From NCBI RefSeq assembly GCF_006345805.1, contig NC_043007.1:8990001-9054000 (forward strand): a DNA stretch of 64,000 nucleotides, read 5' to 3'. The notes under the pieces are model-generated. The model was not told the origin of the DNA and made no database searches. It saw only the letters and a program-made list of their open reading frames with translations. A program made the position numbers and the translations under genes. The stretch comes from Octopus sinensis. Lineage: Eukaryota. Below are positions 1 to 13,420 of the stretch, in pieces. How positions within the stretch are numbered: position 1 is the stretch's first letter; every line of letters begins with the position of its first letter.

Positions 1-424
1 GCGATCGTCCATTCGACTTAAATAAAGGCACAGAACGGAAACAAGGAGGAAAGAGGAAACGTAATTTCCTTTCATCAGATGAGTAGAGAAACAAAATTTT
101 ACTCTGGATGCACGATATCTACCTATGTATTATAAAACGGGAAATTAGAAATATAACGTTAGGAATTTCTCTAAAACCTAATCTCTATAAATTATGTTTA
201 CTAAAACAAACTACTCTTTCGTTCTTCTCTACAACATTTTACTTCCATTTCAAACTATATACATACATACATTGGCCTGCTCGCTTAGCCAGTGGGGGTG
301 GCGTCATCTGAAGGCTAAAACAATGCGAAGCGCGTTGTGACCAGCGATGTGTAGCAACATCTGATAGCCTGGTCGGTCACGTGGTGGTGGTGGTCACATA
401 CATACATACTACATACATACATAA

Positions 425-495
<71 letters not shown>

Positions 496-500
496 TATAT

Positions 501-653
501 TAATTTAGAGATAGTAGGCCCCTACATCTCACCATATAAAAAGCAATTTTATTTTTATTTTAAATACCTACTGTTTTATTACTTGTCAATAAATAAAATA
601 AAAATAAAAATTCTTTTTTATGGTGAGATGTAGGGGACTACTTTCTCTGAATT
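501..653. repeat. Foldback element (about 50-bp inverted arms, MITE-like)
   Basis: Left arm taatttagagatagtaggcccctacatctcaccata (from 501) matches the reverse complement of the right arm tatggtgagatgtaggggactactttctctgaatta (619-653) with 3 mismatches; AT-rich spacer. Confidence 0.75.
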
Positions 654-738
654 AAAATATATTCCGTCATTGAGAATAATCTGACCCTCTGTTATGCCGG
701 AATTTTTATTCTCTAAAAAATATTTTATATTTATATAA

Positions 739-868
<130 letters not shown>

Positions 869-1703
869 AATGTGAGGATAAAATTCTTTTCAAAAAATAT
901 TTTCTCGAAAAAATTTATCAATGGCCAGCATATTAAAAAATACCTTTAACGGTTAAATTTATAAACAATTCATAAATGAGGGCAAAGGATAACAATTCTA
1001 ATGCCAAATATGCCGAAAAATTGGACATATTGTCCATTAACCATATAATTTTTTCACAATACACACGCTACTCGAAAAAAGGTCGACAGAAATTTCTAAA
1101 AAATTCCATTATTACCATATCGGACCGATTTTAGAGTTAGCTACTAAGAGCCCTCTCTTCGTCAGTGATACATGTGGCAAAAGAAATAAATGAGATACTT
1201 ACTCTATTTATATATTTATTCTTCAAAAATGTTGTACCCCAGCATGGCTACAGCCTATGGACTAGTACACATAAAATAAGTAGTGACCTCTTTTCTACAA
1301 TGTTTACGTCATTTTTATACAATCTTTGGTGCCCATCTGCCCAATGAACTTCTTTTCCTATAACCATTACTATATTTCGTTTGTGTATAACATTTGTGCA
1401 TCATTATATATGTTTCTAAATTTGTTGGTGAGGAAGAATGCATTGAATTCTAACACAGATACAGGGCAGCAAATTTGCAATTAGGTTGCAGTTGATTAAA
1501 CCTACAATAATACTTAATTGATGTATCATTTTAAGAACTGCTCAAATACAAAAGTTTAAAAAGAACTGCATTCAAGTCAGGCATCAGAGTTTACGGTAGT
1601 AAATTAAACAGAAAATATCCCTCACCAAATCCTATGAAACTCCGCCATCATAGTGATTGACATAACATCACTCTGTGAAATTTTCTAGCTTTTGGTCATT
1701 GTA

Positions 1704-2267
1704 TTGGGCTGTCCGGAAAGTTCGTGTCGATTTTTAAAGGATAGAAAAAGGCCAATAAATACTTGCCATTACATCTTTAATCAACCAAATATGAAACATT
1801 TTGCTGCGCAATGCGTCTCCATCTTTCCTTCAACTTGAAAATACCCTCTTCACAGAATTGATTTGTTTTCATTGCAAAGAATACATCAAGGCATCTTTTT
1901 AAGTCATCCAAGGAATTGAAATTTTTACCATTAACACTATTCTGCAGAGCCCTGAATAAATGGAAATCCGAAGGAGCAATATCTGGTGAATATGGAGGGT
2001 GGAGTAATACATCCCAGCCGAGCTGCAGCAATTTTTTGTCTCGTCCCCAAATCATCAAGTGCCAAAAATGAACTTTCTTATCTTCCATTTCAAAGGGTTA
2101 CCAAATTAACACAGGTTATAGGAAGATAAACCTTCTTCCACGAAAAGATAGCTTAAACTGTGTTCTAAATTGAGGTGTTGTCAAATCTTATTTTATGGAC
2201 TCAACCATGTTCTAAAATTCGAAAGGTAAGCTACTATAAATTGGCACGAACTTTCCGGACAACCCAA
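1704..2267 (-). mobile_element. Internally deleted mariner element with both TIRs
   Basis: TIRs ttgggctgtccggaaagttcgtgtcgattt and aaattggcacgaactttccggacaacccaa, flanked by TA on both sides (1702-3, 2268-9). Confidence 0.93.
1777..2088 (-). pseudogene. Mariner transposase C-terminal fragment
   Basis: ORF contains the mariner motif LLHPPYSPDIAPSDFHLFRALQN and the typical C-terminal GIFKLKERWRRI. Confidence 0.92.
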
Positions 2268-2485
2268 TATAATACTGTCACCACTCCTGCCTATCAAATG
2301 TTGTTAGGGCTGTCTCTTCGTTTTGAGCTCCTTGATATTGTGTAAATTTCTCAACCATTCATTTCTCTCACTCTTATTGTGTTCTGTTTCCCAGAAGCAA
2401 CCCTTGCATTCGCAGGTTCATTCTGACGATGCCGAGTCCTTCAACGCTTCTGTTTACACGATCTTCCGCATATTACGGCACGGCA

Positions 2486-2522
<37 letters not shown>

Positions 2523-2524
<2 letters not shown>

Positions 2525-2933
2525 CTCTTTACTCTTTTAGATGTTTCAGTTATTCGACTGCGGCCATGCTGGAGCACCGCCTTTAGTCGAGCAACTCGAC
2601 CCCAGGACTTATTCTTTGTAAGCCCAGTACTTATTCTGTCGTTCTCTTTTGCCGAACCGCTAAGTGTCGGGGACGTAAGCACACCAGCATCGGTTGTCAA
2701 GCAATGCTAGGGGTACAAACACAGACACACAAACACATACATACATATACATATATATAAACACATATATACGACAGGCTTCTTTCAGTTTCCGTCTACC
2801 AAATCCACTCACAAGGCATTGGTCGGCCCGGGGCTATAGCAGAAGACACTTGCCCAAGATGCCACGCAGTGAGACTGAACCCGGAACCATGTGGTTGGTT
2901 AGCAAGCTACTTACCACACAGCCACTCCTGCGC
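2523..2933 (-). mobile_element. tRNA-derived SINE, family A (full length)
   Basis: Minus-strand head gcgcaggagtggctgtgtggtaag...gggttcagtc (A/B-box like), core ttgggcaagtgtc, internal (CA)/(TA) tract, tail cagcatggccgcagtc...aaaagagtaaa. Homologous copies at 29929 and 61433. Confidence 0.88.
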
Positions 2934-3059
2934 ATGCATGTGCATGGAATGATCAGACGTCAGCACAAATTAAAATAGATTACATTTTCAAAGTTAAATA
3001 GAAAGTCCAGATAAAATTTCTTTTTTGAAACACCTGTTTCCAAATAAATCATTGTTCTC

Positions 3060-3700
3060 GTCTAAACTACAGTGATAACTCGAGGCAACGGATCGCAAGC
3101 AACAAGAGATATATCGTTCGGAATTTGGGAAATGCTCGTTCAATGGCGGCTCTCAATTCGTCAAAGGATTCTGCTTTTCTAACGTAAGCTTAGCTTTGTC
3201 CCCATTAGGCTACCTTGTGGTGTTTAAGCAAGTAATTTAATTTAAATATAGCAATATCACTCCAAACTGGTTTTTTTTTTAGAAAGAGTGTATGTTCTAT
3301 ACACTTTACTAAGTACTGCTCATAAAATTCCACTCTTCCGGCCGAGTCATCTTCTTTGGAAGTATTGACTATTCTTGGAATGTAGTTTTAACAATAACGC
3401 TGCTTCAATTGACAATTGATTTTGAACTTCCCATCTGACGTAGAATTATTCTTAATTTCGGGCAATACGTTTCTGGTACTCTTTGTTGCTTTGTGGGACA
3501 CATCGGTGTCCTTAGGCTTCCTGAAAGTTTACTTCAGAATGGGTTGCAGATCCGCGTGAAACACCTCATAAATTGCTTTTGGACTTTCAGGCATCGAGTG
3601 GCACTTTCGGATAAATTTCCTTTGTTCAAAACTTAGTCATTTCTTCGTTATTTCTAATGTTTTAAACCTAAAATCAAATGAAAATTAAGTGGTTATAATG
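3060..3700 (-). mobile_element. Degenerate Tc1/IS630-like transposase remnant
   Basis: Minus-strand translation gives ESFDELRAAIERAF, resembling a Tc1 C-terminus; many stops and frameshifts. Confidence 0.3.
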
Positions 3701-3799
3701 GTTATAAGGCGTTAAGTGTATGGATATTTTGGGAGAAGTCCTATACATAAATACATACATACGTAAGTACATACATGCCAACACATAAATTCAGATATA

Positions 3800-3867
<68 letters not shown>

Positions 3868-4576
3868 AGTATGTATATGCATATATACTTACATATACAT
3901 ATGCGAATACATATGAATACTACATATATGTGTGCGTGTGTGTGTAAATACATACATAGGTATAATCATAGTATTTATACGTACGTTAATAAATATACTC
4001 GAATATATTGTGACATTTACAATGTATTACTTAACGCAGATTGCACTCTAAATACACCCCCTACATACACACATATATAAATACTCTCACTCTCTATTTC
4101 TCTCTCTGTCTCTTTTTCCCTTACAAGTGTAAAACCTTTCACAAATATACGTTGGCATAGACAAATGGACAGATACATACACACAGACACGCACATACAT
4201 ATATATTTATATAGTTAGCTATGTGACAAAAAATCCCTTACACAGGAATGCATCCTGTACATGTATACGGAGACGGGGCCATAGACACTATGTACAAGCA
4301 TTGTTACTTACGCACATACATACACATTACAAAGTTTCTTATAGACGCAATACTCTCTAAACACACAAACATACATATACATCCGGCTCCTTCCTGCACT
4401 GACACACACACACACACACATACACACACACACACACGCATACAATTTAAAACAAATACTTCAACACATTAGTACATGCACTGAGACAACTGGTTCTTTA
4501 GGCGTAGCTTCCTTGCCTCACCATCTCCCTCTGCGAGAAGTACACCCCACCCGAAGACCCTCTTCCTCATATATAT

Positions 4577-4625
<49 letters not shown>

Positions 4626-4984
4626 GAAATAGAGAGGGAGAGAGAGAAAGAGAGAAAGTGAGAGAGAAAGAAAGAAAAAAAGAGAGAAAGAGAGGCATGA
4701 CTATCTTTCATTTGAGTAAAGATTATTTGCCAACATAACGTGGCAGTCCTGATTTAGAACGAATTTCGCTGTAATTTAGCCCCAGGAGACATCGCCTCCA
4801 GCTGGCTATACAATACAGCTCAGTACCTCCCGCTCAGCTCAAAACATTGGTCCTAAACCAAGGCTGCCAATGTAGTGTTTTCAAATAATCTTTACTCTAG
4901 AGTTTTGCTGCTGAATGTCTCTCGCTGTGTGATTTACAAATAGTAATTTTCTATCTTTCCCTTGCTTCAGTCATTGTTTGTTTC

Positions 4985-5273
4985 TTCTCAAGCCATGCCT
5001 TGCTCATCAAAGTTTCCCGGTTTCCTTGGCGTATAGGTTCTCCACCTGGACGGGACGCCGGTCCGTCGCAGGTGAGCTGCAAGATGCAGGAGAAAAGAGT
5101 GAGAGAAAGTTGAAGCGAAAGAGTCAGCAGAAGTTCGCCATTACCTTCTGCCGGAGCTGCGTGGAGCTTAAGTGTTTCGCTCATAAACACACACATCAGC
5201 CGGTCTAAGATTCGAACCTGCGATCCCTTGACCGCGAGTCCGCTGATTTAACCACTAGGCGATGTGCCTCCAC
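4985..5273 (-). mobile_element. tRNA-derived SINE, family B1
   Basis: Minus-strand head gtggaggcacatcgcctagtggttaaatcagcggactcgcggtcaagggatcgcaggttcgaatc has A and B boxes; second copy at 36790-37102. The head is tRNA-Arg-like, as described for octopus OR SINEs (assignment tentative). Confidence 0.82.
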
Positions 5274-5794
5274 TGTTTCAGTCATTAGCCTCTCACAATA
5301 CTAAGTCATCCTCTTGAAAATTTCAGTGGAAAGAAACGATTCCCGTTCTTACTTTTAAAATCTTGTCACTCTCTATCGCTTTCTTTGACAAACCGCAAAG
5401 TTACGAGACTTTGAACACATCATATACGTATATATATCTTATCAGGACAATTACCCCATAGGCCTCCCCCCGCCGACGACAACTAGCCTCAAGGAAAATT
5501 ACCCCACTTTGTGAGTTACCCTCTCTCCAATATTATTAAGAAGTCTTTTGCCCCCAGGAGTAATTGCCTTTGGTGGTTATTGTCCATAGAGAGGGGGGGG
5601 CTTAGATATCCTAGTCTCATATATATATATATATATTATATATATATATATATATTATATATATATATATAATATTACATACATATATATAAATATATAT
5701 ATATATATGTATATGTATGTATGGATGTATGTATGGATGAATGTATGTATGTATGTATGTATGTGTTTGAGTGTCTTCTCGTCTGTGTTTGTCT

Positions 5795-5960
5795 CTACCA
5801 CTGCTTGACAACCAACTTTGGTGTGTTTACGTCCCCGTAGCGCAACTTGGCGTAAGAGGCCGATAGAATAAGTACCAGTCTTAAAAGATAACAAGTACCC
5901 TGGGCAAGTTATTTGTAATGCGTTGCCCCAGCATGGCCGCAGTCCAATGATTGAAAGAGG
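5795..5960 (+). mobile_element. SINE 3' half with family-A-type tail
   Basis: tgcttgacaacc...gccgatagaataagtacc...ccagcatggccgcagtccaatgattgaaa matches the family A body and tail. Confidence 0.65.
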
Positions 5961-6383
5961 CAACAGATATAAAGATATATACATGTATATATATATATAT
6001 ATGTATATATATATGTATATATGCAAGCCATACAGGGAGAGAGAGGAAGTAGGAGAGAAAAAGGGGGAGAGAGACTGACAGACAGAGAGAAATTTTATAC
6101 GCATTCATTTTCCTCTTTCTCTCACGCACAGACACACGCACATTTCTTCATTGATTTATGCAACTAACACAAACGTTCACACATATTTGTACATAGACTT
6201 ATACAATATGTCCGTGTGTCCGTCTGTCTGTGTATATGTCTAGCTGCTTGCCTCACTCTTTCTTCCTCTCCTCTTCCTTTCACATTGGCTCTTTCAAGCT
6301 CTCCTTCTTTCTTCCTCTCGTAGTTGCCCGCACACATGTGTGCGGGTAAACACACGCATACACACACACACACACACACCACA

Positions 6384-6424
<41 letters not shown>

Positions 6425-6485
6425 AATTGAAAACTATGAGGTATACGAGGAGGGGATACGGCGTAACTGTGATTGTATTGAGAAT

Positions 6486-6521
<36 letters not shown>

Positions 6522-6570
6522 GATAGAGACAGGCAGACAGAATGAGAAAGAATGAGTGATAACATGTATG

Positions 6571-6612
<42 letters not shown>

Positions 6613-7540
6613 TATACATACATGTATATATACGTATATATATACGTATATACACACTTATATGTACATATATATTTATCTGTATATGTACATACATGCA
6701 AAGATATATGTATATGAATATATATTATATATATATATATGCACACACACACATACTCACTCACAGGCACACACATACAAACACTCACACACGCTCACAC
6801 ACACATACAAATACACACACACACGTACACACAATTATAACTGGTGTAAGTAGACGCTATTAATAAAAGTGAACTGTCATAAAGATTTACCATTCTTTAT
6901 ATCACGTTATTCCAACCGTTTTAAAAGGCCGTCTCTGCTTTTATCATTCGATATTTGCACTGGTCGGTTGGTTCGTGGCTGTGGTTTATACACTTCTTCC
7001 TGGTGGTGCTGGTAGTGGTGGTGTTGCTGCTGCTGTTGTTGTTGTTGTTGTTGTGATTGTTGTTGTTGCTAGTAGGGTAATAATGTATGTGTGAGACGGA
7101 GGTGATTTTTAAATGTTTGCGTTGGTGGTTACTGTATAGAGTGTGATAGTAAGTAGGAAGGTTTGTGGTAACTGTGGTGACGGCAGTGTTAGTTGAAATG
7201 GAAGTCAAGATTGTTCTTCTTATATTTGTTGTTGGCTGCGCCATACATTGACTCTCTTGTCGTTGCTGATACTGATGATAATGTGTTTGTTCATAAATTG
7301 TTATTGTTGTTGATGCGATTCTTCTTGTTCTGTGTAACTGTTACTTTTCGTAATGGCTTTAATGTGATTGATCTAGCTGATGTTTTTGCCGTCGTTGTCG
7401 TCGTCGTCATGGTCAGTGTCGTCGTCATCATCAACGTCGACTTAGTTGCTGTTGACTCAGATTTTTCTTTCCCCGTTTCGATCATTGGACTGTGGCCTTG
7501 CTGTGACGACCTCTTGAACGGTTTAGTCGAATGACTCTCA

Positions 7541-7839
7541 CCTGGGGTCCATATGGCCCCTAAGAGTCCATATGACCCCTGAGAGTCCATATGGCCCCTG
7601 AGAGTCCATATAGCCCCTGAGAGTCCAAATGGCCGCTGAGAGTCCATATGGCCCCTGAGAGTCCATATAGCCCCTGAGAGTCCATATGGCCCCTGAGAGT
7701 CCATATAGCCCCTGAGAGTCCAAATGGCCGCTGAGAGTCCATATGACCCCTGAGAATCCATATGGCACCTAAGAGTCCATATGGCCGCTGAGAGTCCATA
7801 TGACCCCTGAGAATCCATATGGCACCTAAGAGTCCATAT
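7541..7839. repeat. 19-bp minisatellite, about 15.7 copies
   Basis: Unit gagagtccatatggcccct with variants. It abuts a truncated SINE tail at about 7460-7535 and explains the 19-aa periodic ORFs in all three minus frames. Confidence 0.95.
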
Positions 7840-8567
7840 TAGATTTTGAGGGCTCCGTGCAAGAAAATGGAAATCTAGACATCTACAAGAGTGTTTAAAT
7901 TTTGCTTTAGATGTATATATTGGCATGTATCCAAAAAAAACAGGGTTCTTTCCATAACATTTTACATAGTACAGCCGACACGAATTAATATGTGAAAAAG
8001 AAAAGAGGAATTTTGGAAGAAGTTGCAATAAAACTAGTTTTTATATATTGAATGTCGATGGGGGTCCACCAGAATAAATTAGAAATCAAGGTGGCCCATA
8101 GACAGAAAATGGGTGAAGTCCCTGCTTTAGTCAAACAAATCGACCATGGGATTATTTTGAAGTCTTGTACTTATATTCTCTACACTTTGTCCGAATTACT
8201 AAGCCACGGTGATATAAATAAAAACAAATCCATTAACATACGTACTCCACCAAGCGCCATTGAATAGTATATATCCAAAAACCAGTACTTCCGAATTCAA
8301 ACAGACGAATGAGATCTCGCATTCTTTCTCAATCACCCACGTGTGTCACGAGTAATTCCGCAGAAAATGTATCTTTTTATATATCAGGCCATACAATAAG
8401 TTCTGTACGATTTTACCTTTTTTTAAATTGAATGAAATTTAATAGTATTTTATAATGTCTAATGGAATTTTAAATTATTTTTATGCATTTGTGTACATTT
8501 AAACTAATTAAATATTATTTTGCAGAATAATAGAATTAAAATTTCTCTGATTAAAACCCTTTCTAAC

Positions 8568-9050
8568 ATGGAAGTATAAGGCACATAATTCTTTATGAGT
8601 ACCAAAAAAGGAAACTCTGCAGCCGAAGCGACTCGAAACATACACTCAGTTTATGGGAAAGAATGCTTGAATGAAAGAATTTGCAGAAGATTGTTTGCAA
8701 AATTTAGAAGTGAAATTTCAGCCCTGAAGATGAAGATCAAACAGGACGCCCAGTTGAGCTTGATGATAAGCTCTTTAAGTCATTACTTGAAGAAAATCCT
8801 GCATTATCCGTTGAAGAATTGGCATTAAAGCGTAGTTCAAACCATACAACGGTTCGTCGTCATTTTCAATAACTTGGAATGGTTCCTAAACTTGGAAAAT
8901 GAGTGCCTCATGAATTGCCCGAAACTCATTTCACTCTTTTTGGATAGACTTGTGACTGGTAACGAAAAATGAATCTTCTATTGAAATATTAAACGTCGTA
9001 AATAGTGACTTGGTAAAAGGGGAAAAAGCTCAACCACAACCAAGAAGGGA
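8568..9050 (+). pseudogene. Mariner transposase N-terminal half (second family), truncated
   Basis: Translates to YEYQKGNSAAEATRNIHSVYG...RRLFAKFRS (HTH), LGK*VPHEL (WVPHEL motif) and DRLVTGNEK (first catalytic D region); stops and frameshifts present. Confidence 0.85.
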
Positions 9051-9061
9051 CATGGCATTGC

Positions 9062-9610
9062 AATTTGGTTGTTGGATTTTTATAATCAAAATGTCCAAAA
9101 ATGGGAGCTGTTCCTTGCTAAATTCCACTGTAAATTGAATGCTGGAGTTTATATTTTTCAATGTAGATTTGAAATCCAGAAGTTTATTATAGGTTTCATA
9201 ACAGATGATAAAACAATCGTCTAGGTACCTTTTCCAGTTTCCTCTTATATACTGGTGGAATGGGGGTGCAAACTTTTGGGGCAAAAGTTCACATAGGGTA
9301 GATTCAAAGAAACCCATTATCACGTTCGCAAGGACAGACGCTGCATTCGTTCCCATCTCAATACGGCATCATTGGTGATAGTATGTTTCATAGAATAGGA
9401 AGTAATTTTGAAGGATGAACTTCAGAGATTCAATGACAAAAGTCATGTTTATGCGGTCCGGGAGAACTTCGGGGCATATTATAACCAGAATTTTATTGCC
9501 TCTATTGTGTAGCCATATGGAATGTTGGTGTAGAGGTTGATGACATCGAAGGAGACAAATAGTGCTTCTTCGTTGGTGGTTTTTGGTAGATGCTCGAGCA
9601 TATTCAGACC
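9062..9610 (-). mobile_element. Penelope-like element (PLE) reverse transcriptase fragment
   Basis: Minus strand gives [28 protein letters not shown] and IQFTVEFSKEQLPFLDILI, all PLE RT motifs. It interrupts the mariner copy. Confidence 0.85.
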
Positions 9611-9930
9611 GTCTCTACATACATACATACATACATACATACATACATACATACATACATACACACATACATACATACATACATACATACATACATACAT
9701 ACATACATACATGTATATAGATATATATATATATATATAAATATATATATATATAGTATATATATATATATGTATACGTATATATATATATATATATACA
9801 TATATATATACATATATATACATATATATATATATATACATAATATATATATAAATAATATCACACACATATTTATACACTCACACAGATAGTCACAGAC
9901 ACACACATATATAATATTTATGTCAATATG

Positions 9931-9978
<48 letters not shown>

Positions 9979-10479
9979 GGTGCGTAAGATGTTTGAGAAC
10001 AGGTTTATGTTCATAAAAAACGGATATATAATAACAAATAATAACTGTTATCAAAAAATGCTACGAGGATATAAAATAAAACTTCCTTTGATGAGAAATC
10101 ACTCCAATATTCCACAACGTTTGAACCTTTTGAACTTCTCTAAACTTTTTTGTACTTTCTGCTTTTTCCTATTGTTTCTCTCAATCCTCATTTGTTACAT
10201 TGCCTCTGTCTCCTCACCTTTCTTTTTCCTCTTTCTCTTCTCTTCTCCCTTTCTTCCCCTTCCTCTTTGTTTCTTCCTTCTTCCTACTTCTTTCTCTCCT
10301 TGTTTTCACTTATTTTCTCCTCCAGCCTCTCGTATTTTTCTCCTCACCCCCTTTGCATTTTTTCTCCACACACCTTTTGAATGTTTCCTCCTCACATATT
10401 TATTTGCCTTTCTCTCTCTCACCTTTTTCTTTATTCTCCTTTCTTTCGCTTTTCCTCTCGTTTCTACTTTATTATCTCC

Positions 10480-10700
10480 CCTTCTTCCTATCGCTCCTGT
10501 GTGGCCCATCTATCCGGCATTCGCCATGATAGATTGCTTTCCACTAAACCTTTTTATATATTTTCTCTCCCTATTTATTTTTGTGTTCCTTTCTGTCGAA
10601 GAGCTTAGGCTCGAAACGTAAAAGACTTTCTCAGTTTCCGAGCGTTAAACTAATATATCTGATTGTTGTTTACACACCCATCTTCGTTTTTTATTTTTCA
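10480..10700 (+). mobile_element. PLE pseudo-LTR-like repeat carrying a hammerhead-like motif
   Basis: Homologous to the inverted copy at 13225-13420 (cgccatgatagat / gttcctttctgt.gaagagc.taggctcgaaa / tcttcgt). Confidence 0.55.
10589..10624 (+). ncRNA. Minimal type I hammerhead-like motif with variant core
   Basis: CUUU-CUGUCGA-A-GAGC(UUAG)GCUC-GAAA-CG-UA-AAAG: stem I 4 bp, stem II 4 bp, palindromic ACGU stem III; conserved A6 is U. Confidence 0.45.
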
Positions 10701-10879
10701 AATTTCACTATATATTATATTGTGTGTGTGTGTGCATGTATATATACACACTCACACATAATGTATATATATGTATATGTACACGTATATGTGTATGTAT
10801 GTATATATTATATATATATATATATATTATATATATATATATATATATATTATATGTGTGTGTGGTGTGTGTGTCTATG

Positions 10880-11100
10880 TTCGCCACTTCCCCAACGCTT
10901 GGCCGTCGGTGTCGGTTTGTTTATATCCTCGAACCGTAAATCAGTGGTTGACAAGAGAGACGTATTGAATAAATATCAAAGTACGAACCTTAAAAGAAAA
11001 GGAAAAAAAAACATATAATGTGTTCGATTTGTTCGAATGAACAATAGATGGCTCTGCCTCAGCATGGCCGCATACCAATGTCTGAAACAATGAAATATAA
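10880..11100 (+). mobile_element. Degenerate SINE 3' half with family-A-type tail
   Basis: Ends cagcatggccgcataccaatgtctgaaacaa. Confidence 0.5.
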
Positions 11101-12027
11101 TCTTGCTGTAAGGAGAAATAAAGAAATAAAGAAAAATAGAAATGGAGAGAAAGGAGAGAGGGAGAACAAAATATACAAGAGCAAGAGAGAGAGGGAGAGA
11201 GCGTAAGTGAGAAAGAGAGCTAATTGGAAATAGAATTATTAATATAAGATAGAGAGTAAAAGAATTTCAGTGCCACAAAGAGATAAAGAGAAGAGAACAC
11301 ACACACACATACACACACAGATAAAGAGGAGAGGACACACACACGCACACGCACACACAAAGAAAGAGATTTGAAATGAGTGAAGAGGGAGAGTAGAATT
11401 TATAATCTTCCTTTACGTCTCGATATGAACACTTTCCTTCTTTTCTATCGAATTAAAACATCGAGAGATTTAAGTTCCATAACAGCTAACATGTTTCTTT
11501 CAATCTGAGCATTCTCAATATATTTAAGGGTTAATAATGCTTTAAGCATATTAGATATTAGTTGTCTTATATAGCAGAGAGATTAAGAATTGAATGAGAA
11601 ATTGTAATCCGTTCCATCTGTTATTGAAACGCAATATATATTCTGATTTAACTAGAATTTATACGAATGAACTATAAATAACAATACTACTTTCGTGGAT
11701 AATTAATCAGTATCGATATAAACATCATAAATATACAAACACAGAGGAAAATAGTGTGGAAAAGAAATAATATAAGAATGCAAAACGAATTAATGAATTC
11801 CTAGACACATTTTAGCGTGAATCTCGAAATGTAAGTTTTGATTAATACACTACAATAGAAATAATAACTCGTCTGTTTGTCCAAGATGTCTTCTTCGTTA
11901 GATTCTTTCTATCGTATTTTTCGTATTTACATTCAATGTTGAGATAATTACACTTCGCCACTATCTTTATCTAAATACAAGTTATCAATTTTCATCATCG
12001 TTCTTATTAATGCTGTAGGCATCTCAC

Positions 12028-12118
12028 CAAGTCTGTGTGACTATTAATTAGCTTTCTGTTGAAGGGACAGAACTCGTAGTCTGACAGTCTCATACGCTGC
12101 AATCTTTCTTCTGTAGTC
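12028..12118 (-). CDS. Candidate isolated internal coding exon (91 nt), product unknown
   Basis: Minus-strand acceptor ctctgattttcttctctttgcag, donor TTG|gtgaga; one open frame [30 protein letters not shown] in non-repetitive sequence. No homology recognised. Confidence 0.3.
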
Positions 12119-12194
12119 CTGCAAAGAGAAGAAAATCAGAGATAGCCTCTCTCTCAAGATATGCAAGGGTCTTCTTTTCCGTTTAAACTATTCG

Positions 12195-12470
<276 letters not shown>

Positions 12471-12693
12471 GTAACAGCAGGTAAGCAAATATACATATGT
12501 GTGTGTGTGCATGCGTGTGTAGTGCGTTTTGTGTGTGTGCGTGTGTGTGTGCGTGCATATCCTTATATCTCAGCACTATTTAGGGTAGCCTTAGGCGTTC
12601 AAAACACCACCGCCAAGTTACATTGAATGTGCAAGTTAATATTCAATACAAAGAATGCTGTGTGGGGGGGGGGGTCTGTGTGTGTGTGTGTAT

Positions 12694-12749
<56 letters not shown>

Positions 12750-13033
12750 CTTGCATATAAATTGGAGGAGATGATGGACTGAGATTTGGTCCCCGCTGCT
12801 GACTGACCAACGGGAGGGGTTAGAGTTCATGGTCGAAAAACCCGGTATTCATTGGATACTGTCTCACACCAACTCTTTATGGCTAAAGATTCTCTTCACT
12901 TTGGTGAGTGGAAACGAAGCATCTTCTACATGTTAACAAACACACACATACACACAGTGTATGCGCATAAGGACACACAACACACACACATATAATATTT
13001 ATATATAGATACATCCATATACATAAAGACGTA

Positions 13034-13064
<31 letters not shown>

Positions 13065-13224
13065 TACACATACATACATACGCACACTTATATTTATATA
13101 TGAACACACATACACACAGATACACACAGACAGACACACATATATACTGTATATATGAATATTTGTATACATACCTGTATGTATGCTCATATGTATCTAT
13201 AGATATGTGTGTAGTTGTACGTTT

Positions 13225-13420
13225 GTATATGGGTAGAATTCACAAAAAACAAAACAAAAGACGAAGACAGGTGTAGTAGAAAACAAAATGTAGTAGTATA
13301 ACGCTTAGGAAATGAAAAAAGTCTTTAACATTTCGAGCCTACGCTCTTCCACAGAAAGGAACACAGAAAGAAACAAAGGGAGAAAAAATGTGCGTAGTGG
13401 CTAGCGATCTATCAAGGCGA
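13225..13420 (-). mobile_element. Second copy of the PLE pLTR-like repeat
   Basis: Reverse complement is homologous to 10480-10700. Confidence 0.55.
13323..13358 (-). ncRNA. Minimal hammerhead-like motif with variant core (second copy)
   Basis: CUUU-CUGUGGA-A-GAGC(GUAG)GCUC-GAAA-UG-UU-AAAG; same architecture as 10589-10624. Confidence 0.42.

Noticed and set aside
45-100. Hammerhead-like CUGAUGA plus hairpin on the minus strand
   Set aside because: No GAAA follows the AGGAAA/UUUCCU stem, and there is no stem III or cleavage triplet.
7291-8028. 245-aa ORF with 19-aa repeats, or a CRISPR-like array
   Set aside because: It is a by-product of the 19-bp minisatellite. There are no unique spacers and no cas genes, and the context is eukaryotic.
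9920-10621. 233-aa F/L/S-rich ORF resembling a membrane protein
   Set aside because: It is the translation of a (TA)n tract plus a pyrimidine-rich non-coding tract.
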